Shown piece by piece: positions 35,598 to 50,208 of a DNA stretch of 64,000 nucleotides. A model generated the notes under the pieces. That model was given only the letters and a program-made list of their open reading frames with translations, was not told the DNA's origin and ran no database searches. Origin of the DNA: Salpingoeca rosetta (Eukaryota > Protista > Choanoflagellata). The stretch lies in the NCBI GenBank assembly GCA_033442325.1, contig JAWQFM010000013.1, positions 526,070 to 590,069 on the forward strand, read 5' to 3'. Position 1 is the stretch's first letter. Each line of letters starts with the position of its first letter. The position numbers were made by a program, and so were the translations under genes.

Positions 35598-36905
35598 GTG
35601 TGCGCGCGTGTGTGTGTGCGCGAGTGCGTGTGCCATTCCTTTGCGTAGCATGTGCGTAGCCTGTGCGTCGTAATCTTTGCGGGAGTAAACCCTGGCATGT
35701 GCTTGTGCACCAGTCGCGCCATACTTGCCCGTAACCTGTCGCACTCTGCCAACGCGTAGGTTTTGGGAGCGCTTTGTGCTCGGCCACGTGCGCTACTTCA
35801 ACGATGTGACCGTCACACACGAGGACGAGGCGGTGAGCATGCTTGGTGTGCAATGCGCTTGCGTGTGTGTGCATGCATGCGTGTGTGTGTGTGCGTGTGC
35901 GTGCGTGTGTGCGTGTGTGTGCGTGTTGTGTGCATTGACAAGTACCTAGTGTCATTGTGACAACATCGTCTTCCCTCTGAGTGTCCCATGCTCCTGCCCA
36001 TCTCTGCACCACACACATGGGTGAACGTGCGTCTCACTTTGTCACCACCACCACCACCATCACGTGGGTTTCAATGGTTCCGGTCGCAGTACATGCGTCG
36101 GCACTACGAGTTTGACAACGAGCGCGGTGACATGTACTTCATCCGCACAGATCCAGACAATAGCGAGGTGCGCGGATGCACGTATTTGCATGCTTTCGTT
36201 TGCGTGTGTGTGTGTGTGTGTGATCCGTCTCTCCACTACAGATACCTCTGTCTTTTGTTCGCCTTTGTGTCCTTCACGCTCTTCTCAACCCTGACATCCT
36301 TTCCCAACACACACACACACACACACACACGAAACATTGTAGGTCCTTGAGATGAGCTTCAACCTGAGCAACTATCAGGGTCAGCTGCGTGGGAGTGGCC
36401 GCAACGTGTACCAAACCATCTTCCTCAACGACGAAATCCGCCAGCGCTGGACAAAACCAGACATTGCAGAAGACAAGGTACAAAGCTGCAGCGTAGAGAG
36501 CGGAAGGTGGGACAATGGGTCAGGAGCGGGTGACATTTGTTTGCTGTGTATTCGCATGAGCACACAGCTGAGCGTCACTGCCATGTGAACACAATCACAA
36601 GTTGCACGTCATCACAAGCTGAACACCGCCACATCAGAAGCTTACACGCACACGTGCATGCATGTGTGTCCTTACCCGGTTTACGGTACTGCAATGCAGG
36701 TTTTGATGGAGAAGTGGTGGAGGCAAATGTCCCACACGTGGCGCCACTTTTTGTTTGTGGTGCCATGGGTGCGCTTCATGCAAGGCAGAAAGGTGTGTGC
36801 AGCAGCCCGTGGCGCACTCTCTCTCACATGCAGCGACAACATGCATTGTTTCACGAATGTTTGCTTCGCTCGTTCACTCACACACGCACACACACTCACA
36901 CACAT

Positions 36906-36949
<44 letters not shown>

Positions 36950-37470
36950 GCTCTCTCCCTCCCTCTCTCTCTGTCTGTCTGGTGCAGCATACGTGGTACT
37001 GTGGCGCGTACACGCTGTTCAACACGCATGAGCTGGCCATTGTGTCGGGCCTGGCTGTGGCGCAGCGCCTGGGTGCCGACTACCCCTTTGACCACGACCA
37101 GCTTGCAGCCACCCAGTTTGACAAGCTCATGCAGGTTCGTGTGTGTGTGTGTGCGTGTGTGTGTGCGTGTGGGTGGGTGTTGTTGTGGAAGCAGTTGTGG
37201 CTGTGGAAGCAGTTGGGCTGTGGAAGCAGATGTGGCTGTGGACGCAGTTGTGGCTGTGGACGCAGTTGTGGCTGTGGACGCAGTTGTGGTTGCGCTTCTT
37301 GCGCCTCCTTTGCGCCCCCTTGCATCATTCCCTCTCATCCAACAACATCCGCATGCATCCACACACGATCGTTGGTTTCTCTGCTGCAGATTTCGCACGG
37401 CGTGAACCGCCACAAGCGCTCGTGGTGGCGTTGCTTCTCTCGACGTCGTCGTCGCACATCTTCCCCTTGA
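34106..37470 (+). CDS. FAD-dependent oxidoreductase (flavin amine oxidase-like, Rossmann fold)
   Basis: N-terminal VLVIGAGAAGLACAW..VWEK..AGG dinucleotide-binding motif, INDGVQG, and C-terminal WYCGAYTLFNTHELAIVSGLAVAQRLGADYPF. Multi-exon. Confidence 0.88.
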
Positions 37471-37515
37471 GCCAGCATGTATCACACACAAGAGAGAAAG
37501 AGAGAGAAAACAAAG

Positions 37516-37607
<92 letters not shown>

Positions 37608-38432
37608 TCATGTCACACAGACACACACACAGACACACACACACAACTGCTGCCGTGATTTTTGTGTTGACGACGAATAAACATGGAAAATATGTACAAA
37701 TTATCGGTGTCTTGCCGCGCTTTCCGTTTTTTCTTTCCTCCTTCGTTCGTTCGTGCACGTTCGTGCTTCTTGCTTCTTCTTCATGCGCACCACTTCTCAG
37801 CAGCCAATATCGCCCTCAACCCACCAACCGCATTGCCAATCAACGGCTTGCATACGCCTCCCTCACACCCCCTGGCTTGCTTTGAGAGCCACAGAGTGAG
37901 CAACGCGTTGGACTGTGACCATATTCACTGTCGGCAACAACAACGCAATAAGACAGCGCTTGTGACACGCCATCAACCAGACAGCAGAAAGCAAGCAGCG
38001 AGCAGCCCATTCCCCGATTGTTTCTTGTGGCGCGGTTCTGCCGCGTGATCGTTCTCGATCCTTGTCGTTCTTCTTCTTCCTCTTCGTTCTTGCTTGGAGG
38101 TGAGTGGAGCCACCATGCATTGTCTGCAGGCCACTTTTGACTTCTTTTGCAGAGGGTGCTGTTCGCTTGTCCGGTGTGGGTGCCGCGTGCGTGTCCTCAT
38201 GTTGACGCGGCGCCTCTGCTTTATCTCTGAACCGCATGCGCCGTGTCATCTCTTTTTTTTTCGTGACTGACACCATCATCCGCAACTCCGTCTCTCCCCC
38301 TCTCTCTGTCTGGCTTGTGTGAAACTTTCACTCTTACACACACTCATACACACAAACGCGCGCAAACACATACCTCACTCATGCTCATTGAGCAGGTAGA
38401 GTCGGCGTGTCGTTTCCCATTTTGCGAGAACT

Positions 38433-38586
38433 ATGTCAACACTGGCCATGTCGTGCGCGTCTGTGAAGCGAACACATGATGGCCCCATTCCAGAACCACA
38501 GGCAGGCATGAGCGACATGTCGCTCTGGGATTCCCCGCAACAAACCAAGAAGTGCCGCATGATGGCGCCTCCAAGTACGTACAAAC

Positions 38587-38678
<92 letters not shown>

Positions 38679-40320
38679 GACAACCTTGTGGGCAGGGTGG
38701 TTGGCCATCTGTCGTGGGTCTCCGAACTTTGCTGCCTCTCCTTCCTTGACGGTCTCCTTCCTTGACTGTCTCCTTCCTTCCATCACACTGTCCTCCATCC
38801 CCTCCCCACTTCCTTTCAATCTTTGACAGAGGAATATGTTGCAGTGAGCCCAGACACAGACAGATTACCGAGGAAGCGTGTTGTTCACAGAAGGCCCTTG
38901 CCGCCAGCCATGTGCGACAAGACACAGAGCAGCGACGATGATGATGATGATGCCGAGAGTAATGCGAGCGATAATGAGAACGGCGGCCTGCACAACATGG
39001 ACGATGACGACGATGAGCCAAAGCGCACACGTGTCAAGCACCGCCACTTCAACTGCCATGGACGCCAGTCCAGCATCCATCAGACATCGTTTGTCCCTCG
39101 CTCCGACGCAGAACCAGCGGAGCGGTTTATCCTTAGCGAAGTCAAGCGCAAGAAGCGCTTGCAAGTCAAGGTGTGTTTGTGCGTGCGTGTGTGTGTGCGT
39201 GCGTGTGTGCGTGTGTGTGCGCGTGTGTGCGTGTGCGTGCGTGCGTGTGTGTGTGTGCGTGTATGTATGTATATATGCGTGTGTGCGTGTGTGCGTGTGT
39301 GCGTGTGTTTGTATGTTTATGCACGTGCGCGTATGTTTGTGAACCCGTCACCTTGGCTCTTGGCTTGCTTCATTACTCACTTACATGTGTTGTCGTCCAC
39401 TGTGCCATCAGGAGGAGCTCTCATCGTTGCCAACATCGAGCGATGCGCCAGCACCGTCCCCACGTGTCAAATTCACCGTCAAGCAGGTGAGGCAGACATG
39501 CAAACAACAGGCAGTGAGGAAATGGGTGGGAGTGCAGCTTCCCACATGCACGGTTCTCCTCCGTTGACTGTCGCATCTCCGCCTCCCTTCCGTGTTGTCC
39601 TTGTTCTCCTGCCTCGCTGTATTCATGCCCCAATGCCTGTCACACAACACAACACCAGGTCAAATCCATTGTGGAGAAAGCTGTGCGTGCGCGGGAGACA
39701 GAGCTCAGAGAAGAGTTTGCTGACATTCTTGCACGAAAGCTTGAAGGTTGGTCGCTTGCTGCTGTGTTCGCCGGCTGTTGTGTCTTTGTGTGTGTGTGTG
39801 TATGTGTGTGTGCTCTTGTGTGCACGCGCTCTTGTGTGCGTGTGCGTGTGTGTGTGTGTGTGCGTGTGCGTGTGCGTATGTGTGTGTATGTCAGCCACAG
39901 CCACAACCACAACCACAACCACAACCACAACCACAACCACAATCACGACCACAATCACGATCACCAGCAGCAGCACTACGAACCGTAGCGTCTCTCATCC
40001 ATGTTGCCTTGTGCCTGGTCCATTGTGTGCAGAGCAATACCACCAGTTTACAAAGTACACACAGGACTTTGTCCATCAACGGCTACAGCAATCCCAATTC
40101 AACTGTAAGTCACCCTGCTCTTACACGTGTGCTTACATGTGCGTGCACGTGCGTATGGTTCTCTGCCTTATTTAATCGAGTGGACCGCCTTTCCAGCGTG
40201 CACGTGCGTATGGTTCTCTGCCTTATTTAATCGAGTGGACCGCCTTTCCAAACTCACGCGCGACCCGCCTGCCCTGCTCTTTCCGCTCTCATATGTGCGT
40301 CGCATGCAGACATGTCGTGA
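38433..40320 (+). CDS. akirin: Akirin
   Basis: [63 protein letters not shown] and terminal NYMS* match the akirin N- and C-terminal blocks. Confidence 0.9.
40141..40250 (+). repeat. Perfect 55-bp tandem duplication in the last akirin intron
   Basis: gcgtgcacgtgcgtatggttctctgccttatttaatcgagtggaccgcctttcca occurs twice back to back. Confidence 0.95.
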
Positions 40321-40759
40321 CGCGGCACTAGTGCACCCCCACTTTTGTGCATGTTTCACTGCTATTGGTGTTGACGACAAACTCGTTGGCGTTGTTGTTG
40401 TCGTCGTTGTTATTGTCGGTGTGTGAGAGCTTTCTTAGGATCCCTAACTCTATGCCGTACCAAGCAAGCGGTTGTGTGGTGTGGTGTGGTGTGGTGTGGT
40501 GTGATGTGCTGCACGATTGACACCCACAACCACCGCCGCCGTTGTGCCTCTGGTGCGTCTCTCCAGTAAACAGTCTTCTAATGAATGGTGTGCAAACCAA
40601 CAAGACACGCATACCGAAACATGAAAGAGTCGCTCACATAACACACGATGAAGCAGCCAAGGAAACAAGCAATCGAGCGTGATCCGACATGACATGGCAG
40701 CACGACCAAAGCACACTGTTATCATCATCACGTTGCACACCCATATCCGTATCATCACA

Positions 40760-43044
40760 TCATTGCTCTGCTGGCTCAACAAAGGATGCAGGGAACATGC
40801 CCTCGCGCCCGCTGCTGTTGCGGCCACGCAGCCAGTCGGCGTTCACCTGTTTGTTCGCGTGTGTATGAGTGAGTGAGTGCGTGAGTGAGTGAGTGAGTGA
40901 GTGAGTGAGTGAGTGAGTGAGTGAAGGAAAGAAACGAGCAAAACGCAACAAAATGATCGCCTCCACCACCACTATCACCACCATTCCCATCGCACCTCCT
41001 CAATGATGGTGATGGTTTCGTTGGCGATGAGCGGCAGATCGTCATCGGCCTCGCCCTCCCAATCAAACGCAGCACGCACATCTGCCATCGAGTCATGAGC
41101 GAGGCGTGGCGGAGTGAGGATGGAAGGGCGCAGGAAGCGATGGAGCAAGCAGAGACACAGACACAGACACACATAGACACACGGACACACGGAAACACAT
41201 AAACACGCACGCACACACACACACAGACACATACACAGACACAGACACAGACACAGACACACACAAACACACACACACACCTCGGATGGCATCGTGTGCG
41301 GGTTGAGGTGGCGCGTCCGTGTGCACGCTGCCGTCATCTGCGGCCGTGTTCTCATGATCATCGCCGCCATAATCGCCACGACCATGTTCGTGATCGCCAC
41401 GACCATTGCCGGCATGCGCGTGTGTCTCTGCATCGGCAGTGACAATTGCATCAGGCGGAAGCGGGACGACAACTTCAACAAAGGAGGAGGGGAACATGCC
41501 CTCGGGACCGCCACCAACGCGGCCAATCATCCACTCCTCGCTCACGAACCGAACAAGATCCACCTGCACGATCAAGGCACGCGGTGATGACGGGGATGGT
41601 CGTGGTTGTGGTGGTGGTGGTGGTGGTGATGGTCGTGGTTGTGGTGGTGGCAGTGGGGGTTTGAAACAGGTGACACGGTATCAGCACCACGTTCACGCAG
41701 TGCGGGGGTTCACGCTAACACGACTGCAGGTCAACCACAACGCGGCACACACCAACCCACATGCACACACATGCACACACATGCGCACACACACACACAT
41801 GCGTCATACCTGCTGGCCCTCCTTGAAAGACAGATCGCCCTCTTCTTGTCCGTCGTAGTCAAAAAGCGCAATGGCGTGTGCATGCGCGTTTGATGCTGCG
41901 GGTGCGGTCGGTGTCTCGTGCTCATGCACATCGTGATGACTGTCACCACCACCATCACCACGTGGCTGATAGTCCTGCGTTGCTGCCGGCATCACATCGT
42001 GTGCCGCGTCACCGTGCACACCGCCCTCGTCAGTCTGTTCACCCGCGGCCACAGCCATTGCGTCGTGCTCTTCTTCTTCCTCCTCCTCCTCCTCCTCTTC
42101 TTGCTGCTGTTGTTGTTGTTGCGCTTCCTCATCTGCTGTCCTGATGGCTGCCTCCCACTCCGCCGGCCATCCTTCGGGCTCCATGCTCCTGCACGGCTCC
42201 ACAACCTGTGTGTGAGTGAGTGAGTGAGTGTGTGTGTGTGAGTGAGTGAGTGAGTGAGTGAGTGAGTGAGTGAGTGAGTGAGTGAGTGAGTGAGTGTGTG
42301 TGAGCGAGTGAGTGTGTGAGCGAGTGAGTGTGTGAGTGAGTGAGTGAGTGAGTGTGTGTGTGTGTGTGTGTGAGTGAGTGAGTGTGTGAGTGAAAGTATG
42401 ATGGTAGGGTTTGCTTGAAACCCCATGTTCAGAGGTGATGATGATGGAACCAGACCCTCCAACAAGCACACCCACATACCTCCACGAACGACGAAGGAAA
42501 GGCGCCCTCCTTGCCGTGTCGCCTTCCACGCATCCTGTGCACGCAGGCAGAGCGTCGATTGGAAACAGCACGGACATTTAGACAGCAGCAGCGAGCAAGC
42601 ACAGATGGCAGATGACAGAAACGGGCGCACACAGGCAGACACACGCACACACAGACACGCACACGCTCACACAAACGCACACACGCACACAGAAACACAG
42701 ACAGACACACACACACACACACACACACACTCTTACTCACTCACTCACACACACACACACACACAGACACACATGCACACGCACATAGAAACACAGACAC
42801 AGACGAGCATAACCGACCAATCTGAGTTGATGACGCCGAGGAGTTCGATTTCGTCGCCGATGCCAAACGTCAACTCGTGTGGCAGCTCGCCTGGACGCGT
42901 AGTGGTGGTGGTGGTGGTGGTGTGGATATGAGGAGGATGAGGAGGAGGAGGAAGGGGAAGTGGGGAATGGGACTACTGTTTGAGCGCTGGTGCGACAAAG
43001 GCAAACAAAGCAAGCCCAACAACGACAAGACAACACAGTGCGCT

Positions 43045-43128
<84 letters not shown>

Positions 43129-43325
43129 CGCACTGACCTTCAAAGTCGTATGTAGCGGTGACGCGTGGGCCTGTGAGAGGAATGTCCTCAACGACGTCCA
43201 CAAACACCACGGGGAGGACACCTGCCATGGAGTGGGGTCACGCGAGGGTTAGACAGCGGGCCAACACATGAACTGCGCAGCGTACGCACAGGCAGGCGCG
43301 CGCATACAGACAACCAGCCAGCCAG

Positions 43326-43369
<44 letters not shown>

Positions 43370-45245
43370 CACATGCACCTGTTTTTCCGCAGTTGTCTGC
43401 ACGGATCCAGTCGGCATCAACCCATTCGAGCAATTGCAGAATGTCGCCATGTGATACGGAGAGGTCGCCCTCTTTCTCGCCCTCCCAGTCAAACAGCACA
43501 GTCACCTGCAGTGGACGCACGCACATGTACGTGTACGCACGTGTGCACGTGTTTGTGCGAGGTTGCACACGTGCGCATGTATGTTCAGGTGGCGTGGACA
43601 ACGGCAGAGACAGTAAGCTGTCAGTCAAACCTTGATACCACAGACGAGCCAGCAAAGTGTGCAGCTGACATGCAAGCAAATGGACAGACAGACAGACAGA
43701 CACACAGACAGACAGACAGACAGACAGACACACACACTCAGACACACACACACACACACTCACACACACAGACACAGGACGCACCCTGGGTCCTGTGACC
43801 ATGTAGTGGTAGAGCGGGTGCCCCTGTGTTGGGCGGGGTGGCAGGGGCGGCACTTTGCTCTCGGGCGCCGTTGGTCGCGTCGGCTTCGATGGCCGAGCTG
43901 GTTTCCCCGTGCTCCCCGCAGGCGGTGGTGGTGGTCGCTTCGGGTGCATGCCGGGCTTTGGCGGGCGTGGCAGGTGTGGCGTTTCGTCGTCTGCAGCGTG
44001 CGCCTTCTTCTCTGGCTGTTTGTTCTTGTCACCTTCGCTGTCGTGGTGGTCGTGAACGTGGTGGTGTGCGGGCGCGGGGCGCGGTGGCTTTGGACGAACG
44101 GGGATAAGCGGTGATTCACCCTCACCACCCTGAGAACTCTTGCCGCCGTCAGTGCCGCCCTCGGCAGCGTTGCTAGCGTCATGCCGGCCGTGTTGGCTCT
44201 GTGTGCGTGTGCGTATGGACGGCGCCCGTGGCCGCTCGGGCCGTGCCGGTGCTGCGCTCTCCTTATGGTCCGTAGCGGTGGCTGGGTGTTCTTCGGCAGC
44301 GCCGGCGTGCTCGTGCTCATGGGCATGCGGCAGCTCATCCTGCGATGGGTGTGGGGGCACCTTGGGCTGACCTGTCGTGGGTGGCGGCGGTCGTGTTCCC
44401 GGACGAGACGGGCGGCGCGGTGCTGGCGGTGTCGATACAGATGCGGGTGCCTTTGCAGCTTCGCCGTCAGCAGTCACGTCATCGGCGGCATCATCATCAC
44501 CGACACTATGGTGGCGAGGTGGGTGCGGTGGAACGACCGGAGGGCACGAAGCTGCGTCTGCAGTCTTGGCTTGCTCCTCCGTTGAAGATGCAGCCTTGTC
44601 AGTTGCAGTCACATCCTGTTGACTTGGACGAGAGCGTGGCTTCGGTCGTGGTTTCGGTATCGATCCTGTCGCTGCACTTGCTGCAGTTGTTGTTGCTGTT
44701 GTTGAGGAGGGTGGAGTCGGCTTCTTGCCTTCGTCTGCGGACTTTCCATCTGTGGCAGGTGTTGGGGGTTGGTCGTCCCTCTTTGTTGCCGGTGGTGTGC
44801 CAGTTGCAGGTGCTGGCGGAACCGTTGGCTTTGGCTTTGGCGTTGGCTTTGGCATGAGCTTCGGGCTCGACTTTTGGGACGATGGCTCCTTGGGCGCCAC
44901 TGCGTCTGGGCGCTGTGGATGTTCAGGAGGCGGCGCCTCAGCCGCCGTGTGCGTGGCGCTTGTGGACGGTGCTGGTGGTGGCGGCTTGGCCTTTGGCTTC
45001 GGCTTTGGCTTTGGCTTTGGCTTGGGTGGCGGTGGCGGGTGGTGGCTTGAAGTTGTGGAGGTGGTGGTTGCTGTGGTGGGTGGCGGCGGCGGTGCTGATG
45101 CTGCAACCTCGTCCATGTTGCTGGTGCTTGTTGTTGCTTGCTTCTCCTCCTCCTTCTTGTCGCTCTGCTTCTGTCCAAAGGTTGGCCGGCGCGACAGCGA
45201 AGGAGCCGTACGCCTCGGTGGCGGCGGCACGCGCCCAGACGACAT
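40760..45245 (-). CDS. Proline-rich multi-SH3 adaptor, SH3D19-like (4 SH3 domains)
   Basis: Long Pro-rich exon ending [17 protein letters not shown] (recalled SH3D19-like motif), then four SH3 domains (LFDWEG, TYDFEG, LFDYDG, AFDWEG), each with the W..G and G.(F/L)P..FV pattern. Confidence 0.85.
42208..42391 (+). repeat. (GAGT)n/(GT)n microsatellite, intronic
   Basis: Directly visible. Confidence 0.9.
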
Positions 45246-45290
45246 GTGTGTGCGAGTGCGTTGGAGAGGTGTGTGCGAGGCGACTGACTG

Positions 45291-45334
45291 AGCGAGCTGG
45301 CGTTGAGGAAGCGAGCTGGCGTTGAGGAAGCGAG
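45291..45334 (+). repeat. 19-bp tandem repeat (about 2.3 copies) in the SH3D19-like/RUS1 intergenic spacer
   Basis: agcgagctggcgttgagga twice, plus agcgag. Confidence 0.9.
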
Positions 45335-45397
45335 GTGCTTGTGTGGAAGAAGAAGGACAAAATCGGCTGTTGCTGTTGTTGTTGTTGCCGAAAGAGG

Positions 45398-46020
45398 ATG
45401 ACAATGATGGCGAAGGAGGTGGTGGATGTTGTTGACACGTCCAGTGTTGCACTTGCAGGCAGCGGGGATGCTGGGGATGGGAAGCGGGGAGCACGTGGAG
45501 GGTGGTGGGTGGCTGGTGGCGCCCTCGGACGCCTGTCCACCCTCGTCCTGCCTGAAGGTTACCCCGCGTCCGTATCCTCAGACTACGCGAGCTATCAGGT
45601 GTGCAACCAGTGGATGTCTGCACAGGCAAGGCCAGGGCCGGTGATGACTGCGAGTGTTGGAAGTGCGCGTTGCCTTGCCTCTGAGCCTGCTCTTGAGTAT
45701 CATGTCACGCAGCTTGCACGCACTTGTCATGTCACGCAGCTTGCACGCACTTGTCAGCTTACCCCCTCCCCCACCCAACCGTCTTTCCGTAACTGTGTGC
45801 TCTGACCTCCAATAGATATGGGACACTGCGCAGGCCTTTTCGTCCTCTGTGATGGGCACCATCTCCACCTACGCCGTGTTGAAGGGTGTTGGTGTCGGAG
45901 ATGCGCAGGCCACGGTTGCTGCCGCCACATACACGAATCTTCTGCGGGACGCAACAGGTCTCACCATATGCGTGTGCGTGTGTGTGTCCGTGTGTGTATT
46001 TGTGCGTGTGTGTGCGTGTG

Positions 46021-46052
<32 letters not shown>

Positions 46053-46249
46053 TGTGTGTGCTGTGCTGTGCTTGCCACCAACGAGACTTCATCTTGCACT
46101 TCACGCCTCATCCCTCACTTCACCTTCTCTTGACGCCACACAGGCATGCTGGCTGGCATCTGGTTTGCGTGGTACTCGAGCACGGACATGGACAGGAACG
46201 CAAAGCAGTGGCGATTGGTGCGCAAGTGGCAAATGTGGTGATGCGTGCG

Positions 46250-46283
<34 letters not shown>

Positions 46284-47219
46284 ACGTGTGTATGCTGATG
46301 TGCGTGCATGTCTCCGCTATCAGTGCTTCAGCACAATCCCTGGCACACACTGTCACAACACACGCACAACACACGCACAACGCATGCATACACTGCGTCA
46401 CACACTCACGTGCATGTGCCAGGTGGCTGATGTTGTGAACGATATGGCGATGCTTGTGGAGCTGGTGTCTCCGCTGATCCCGGCTGCGTTTCTCCCTCTC
46501 ATGTGTATGGCCAGTTTCCTCCGTGCCATTGTCGGCGTTGCCGGTGGCGCAACCCGCGCCGCTCTCGTCCGACATCAGGCCAGGTTGGCAGCTTGGCCGC
46601 AGGGAGGTTAAGATATGCAGGGGCGTGAGCACGTTGTGTATCTGTATATCTGAAAAGCTGTCTGCATATGCATTGCCACTGTACCCACAGTGTTTCACTC
46701 TGCCATCCTCACAGCTTCTCTCTTACACACACACGCACACACACACACACACACATCGCCCTGTTCGACTGCTTCTGTGCAGACTGAACAACATGGCGGA
46801 CGTTTCGGCAAAGGATGGCTCACAGGAAACGCTGGTGAACCTTGCAGCATTAGTTGTGAGCCTGGCCATCACGCCGTTGGCTGCAGAGTCTCGGGTACGT
46901 GCACACTCCATTTGCCACAGCTACGCAGACCAATACAGCAACACCAACCACACACCCACACACAGTGTGAGCAATTCATGACCTTGCCCGATGCCTCCTC
47001 ACGCCAAACACGCTGACACTGGGGCAGGTGATGGCGTGGGCGATGTTTCTTCCGCTCGTCTTCATGCACCTCTACTGCAACTATCGGGCTGTGCGGGCGC
47101 TTGAGATGCCAGCGTTCAATGCACACAGACTGCACCATGCGTGCGCCGTGTTCATGCGCACAAACCGCGTGCCATCCGTCTGCGCCGCAAACCAGGCAGA
47201 GCCGCTGTTCCCAAGTCAG

Positions 47220-47303
<84 letters not shown>

Positions 47304-47962
47304 AATGCAAGCTTGTAATGGTTGTTTTGCTGGGAGTTGGCGTCTTGATTACGCTCACACCCCTTTTCCTGATCGCTTGCGTCAATTCCTTCACAACCTC
47401 CATCTTCACCTTCACGCCCATCGTCACCTTCACGTGCGTCTCCACCTCCAAGGGGCGCCTGCCATCGAGGGTCATGCAAAGGTGTGTCTCGGGTCCTCCT
47501 GGAGTCATATCAAGTGAGTTCACTGTGCGAACTTGCGCGCTTGTGACTGCCTCATGTCTGAATGCGCTTTGTGTCTATGCTATGCGTGCCGTTGAAATGT
47601 AATTGTGCATGTTGCCTCTTTCGGAGCTGGTGTTTGTTGTGACCCTTTTTGCGTGCACCAACCCGCGCGCGCGCGCGTGTGTGTGTGTGTGTGTGTGCGT
47701 GCGTGTGTGTGTGTGTGCGGGATAGGGATGGCGTGGGTGCAGGTGTTCAAGCAGATGTGGTGCGGGCACTGGAGACGTGGCGGGTGGCTGCCGTGTTTAC
47801 TGATGGCACGGTGCACGTGCTCTTGTCCAAGCATTGTCGACACGAGGACATTGTCCGTGCCTATGCAGCAGCTCTCTTCTGGATCCAGGTCCGTCTTGTG
47901 TGTGTGTGTGTGTTTGTGTGCATGTGACACGTGCTGTGGTGCTTTGATGGTGTGTCGTTTAT

Positions 47963-48037
<75 letters not shown>

Positions 48038-48137
48038 NNNNNNNNNNNNNNNNNNNNNNNNNNNNNNNNNNNNNNNNNNNNNNNNNNNNNNNNNNNNNNN
48101 NNNNNNNNNNNNNNNNNNNNNNNNNNNNNNNNNNNNN

Positions 48138-48178
<41 letters not shown>

Positions 48179-48330
48179 CACCATCACATGCTAAACACCT
48201 CAAATATCATCACAGCCTGCCAATCACAATCACACACAATCACACTTTATGTTTGATGTAATCAATCAATCACTCACGCACTCACGCACACACACACACA
48301 CACACATCAATCACACCATCACACGATCCC

Positions 48331-48427
<97 letters not shown>

Positions 48428-48533
48428 CAATCCCACACACACACACATATCAATCCCATCCCACACAGGCTTTGATGTTGAGGCGCAGCCGCTCCTAAGC
48501 GATACGCAGACAAGAGTGGTCGTGCGTGCTTGA
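45398..48533 (+). CDS. RUS1 family / DUF647 protein (RUSF1/C16orf58-like)
   Basis: LPEGYPASVSSDYASYQIWDTAQAF, AKQWRLVADVVND, GVAGGATRAALVRHQAR, NNMADVSAKDGSQETLVNL and HLYCNYRAVRAL. The 3' exons are uncertain because of the N gap. Confidence 0.9.
45700..45756 (+). repeat. 27-bp tandem duplication in RUS1 intron 1
   Basis: tcatgtcacgcagcttgcacgcacttg twice. Confidence 0.9.
48038..48137. other. Assembly gap (100 N) inside a (CA)n tract
   Basis: Run of 100 n flanked by CA repeats. Confidence 0.99.
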
Positions 48534-49603
48534 GGTTGGGGCGAATTTTCGCTGGCATTTTTATAAGAATTTCTTCAAATGTTTCAAATGCTCGGTTAAC
48601 GGGCGTTTAGAAGACCCAATTTGCGATTTCTTCGAAGGTATTCTAGAACTTTCGGTGCAATATTGCGTAAACCGAGCGCTTGCGTCACCCAATTGAAGAT
48701 TGCCATCACAGCTGGCAGACCAGCAATCGCGCGAAGGTGCTGGCCAAGCGCCATCAACCATCTTCTTGCGTCCGCGGCGCGCCGCTCCCCTCATCTCCAC
48801 CAAGACTACCCACCACCCAAGCAAAGCAAGAGCACTGCAACAAACAAAGATGATGTGATGACACCATTGCAGCAAGCAGCGTTCGGGATGCTGCATTGCA
48901 TCGCAAGAGATGCAACTGTCACACACAAACACAAACACACACACAGCAGCAGCACCCATCATATGCACCTTTGGCTCGGCAACGTCACACCATTTACTCT
49001 GCATCCACACGGACATCAACCAGCAGCATCACCAGCAGCATCACCGACACGGCATCGCCAACATCCATACACACTACCGCACACCAAACAAAACACACCA
49101 CCTTTCTTCCATCACAGCCACGCCACAGCAGCAATCGTCCACGCCTGCACGCTATCGCAGCGCACGAACACAGCCCTTCAGATCGTCATCAAATCACATC
49201 ACATCACACAACGAACAACGAAACCCACGAATCCCTTGAGGCAGCCCAGCAGCCAGTTGTGAGCGATCGCACACCAGCCAAGCGCGGCCGCGCCACATCT
49301 TGTCACCATTTCTGACACACCACCAAGATCGACAACGTCAACGGCATAACGCCCACTCAACCCCAACTCCAGCAACAAGCCCCAGCAACAGCGAAAAGTC
49401 TGACAAATCATCAGCCCCAACTGCTCCAGCTCTTGGCCCGTTACCTTCTGCATCAACAACTGCCCCAAACCAACTCCAGCCCCACCCCGACCCACACGGT
49501 GAGCCAATCCCAGCAGCAGCAGCAGCACCACCCCCCCCAGCAACCGTTCAAGATTCCGGGCCCTGTGGCTCACCCGGCTCCCACCCACGGGAGCGGCGAC
49601 AGC

Positions 49604-50174
49604 ATGTCATCGTCAACCCCCACTGGAGGCGGCATGGCAACCTCCTCCTACATGGACGCCCTGCCTTCGACCTCCTCCGTCATGTCCCCCTTGACCAATG
49701 ATGCCTTCCAGCTCGGCTCCCCGAGCAACGGCGACCTGCTGCCGTTTTCCGGGCGATCCCGCATCGCGTCCATCGGCTCAATCAACAGCAACCTCTTCCC
49801 GCCAGCCTCCGACTCCTTTGACACATACGCCGCCACATGGCCGGGCAGCAATGGCAACGGCAACAGCCACCTCGGCGGTAACGGCAGCGGCAACGGCGCA
49901 GGTCACACGGCCGGCGCACCAGACACCCATGCCTTTGAAGGCTTCGATGACCCCTTCTCCCCGACCGCCACCTTTGGTAGCAAGACGGCCGCCAAGAGCG
50001 GCTTCCCAACAAAGCGCGCCAACTCCAGCTTGGGCGGCACCGGTGCCAAGCGCAGTGGCAGCACCACAACAGCAACCGGCAACGGAGCCGGCAGCAACGG
50101 GCAGGGCTTCCTCGGCCTCGACTACTTGGAGGCCATGCTTGCAAACGGCAGCAGCAACGGCAACAACGGTGGCA

Positions 50175-50208
<34 letters not shown>

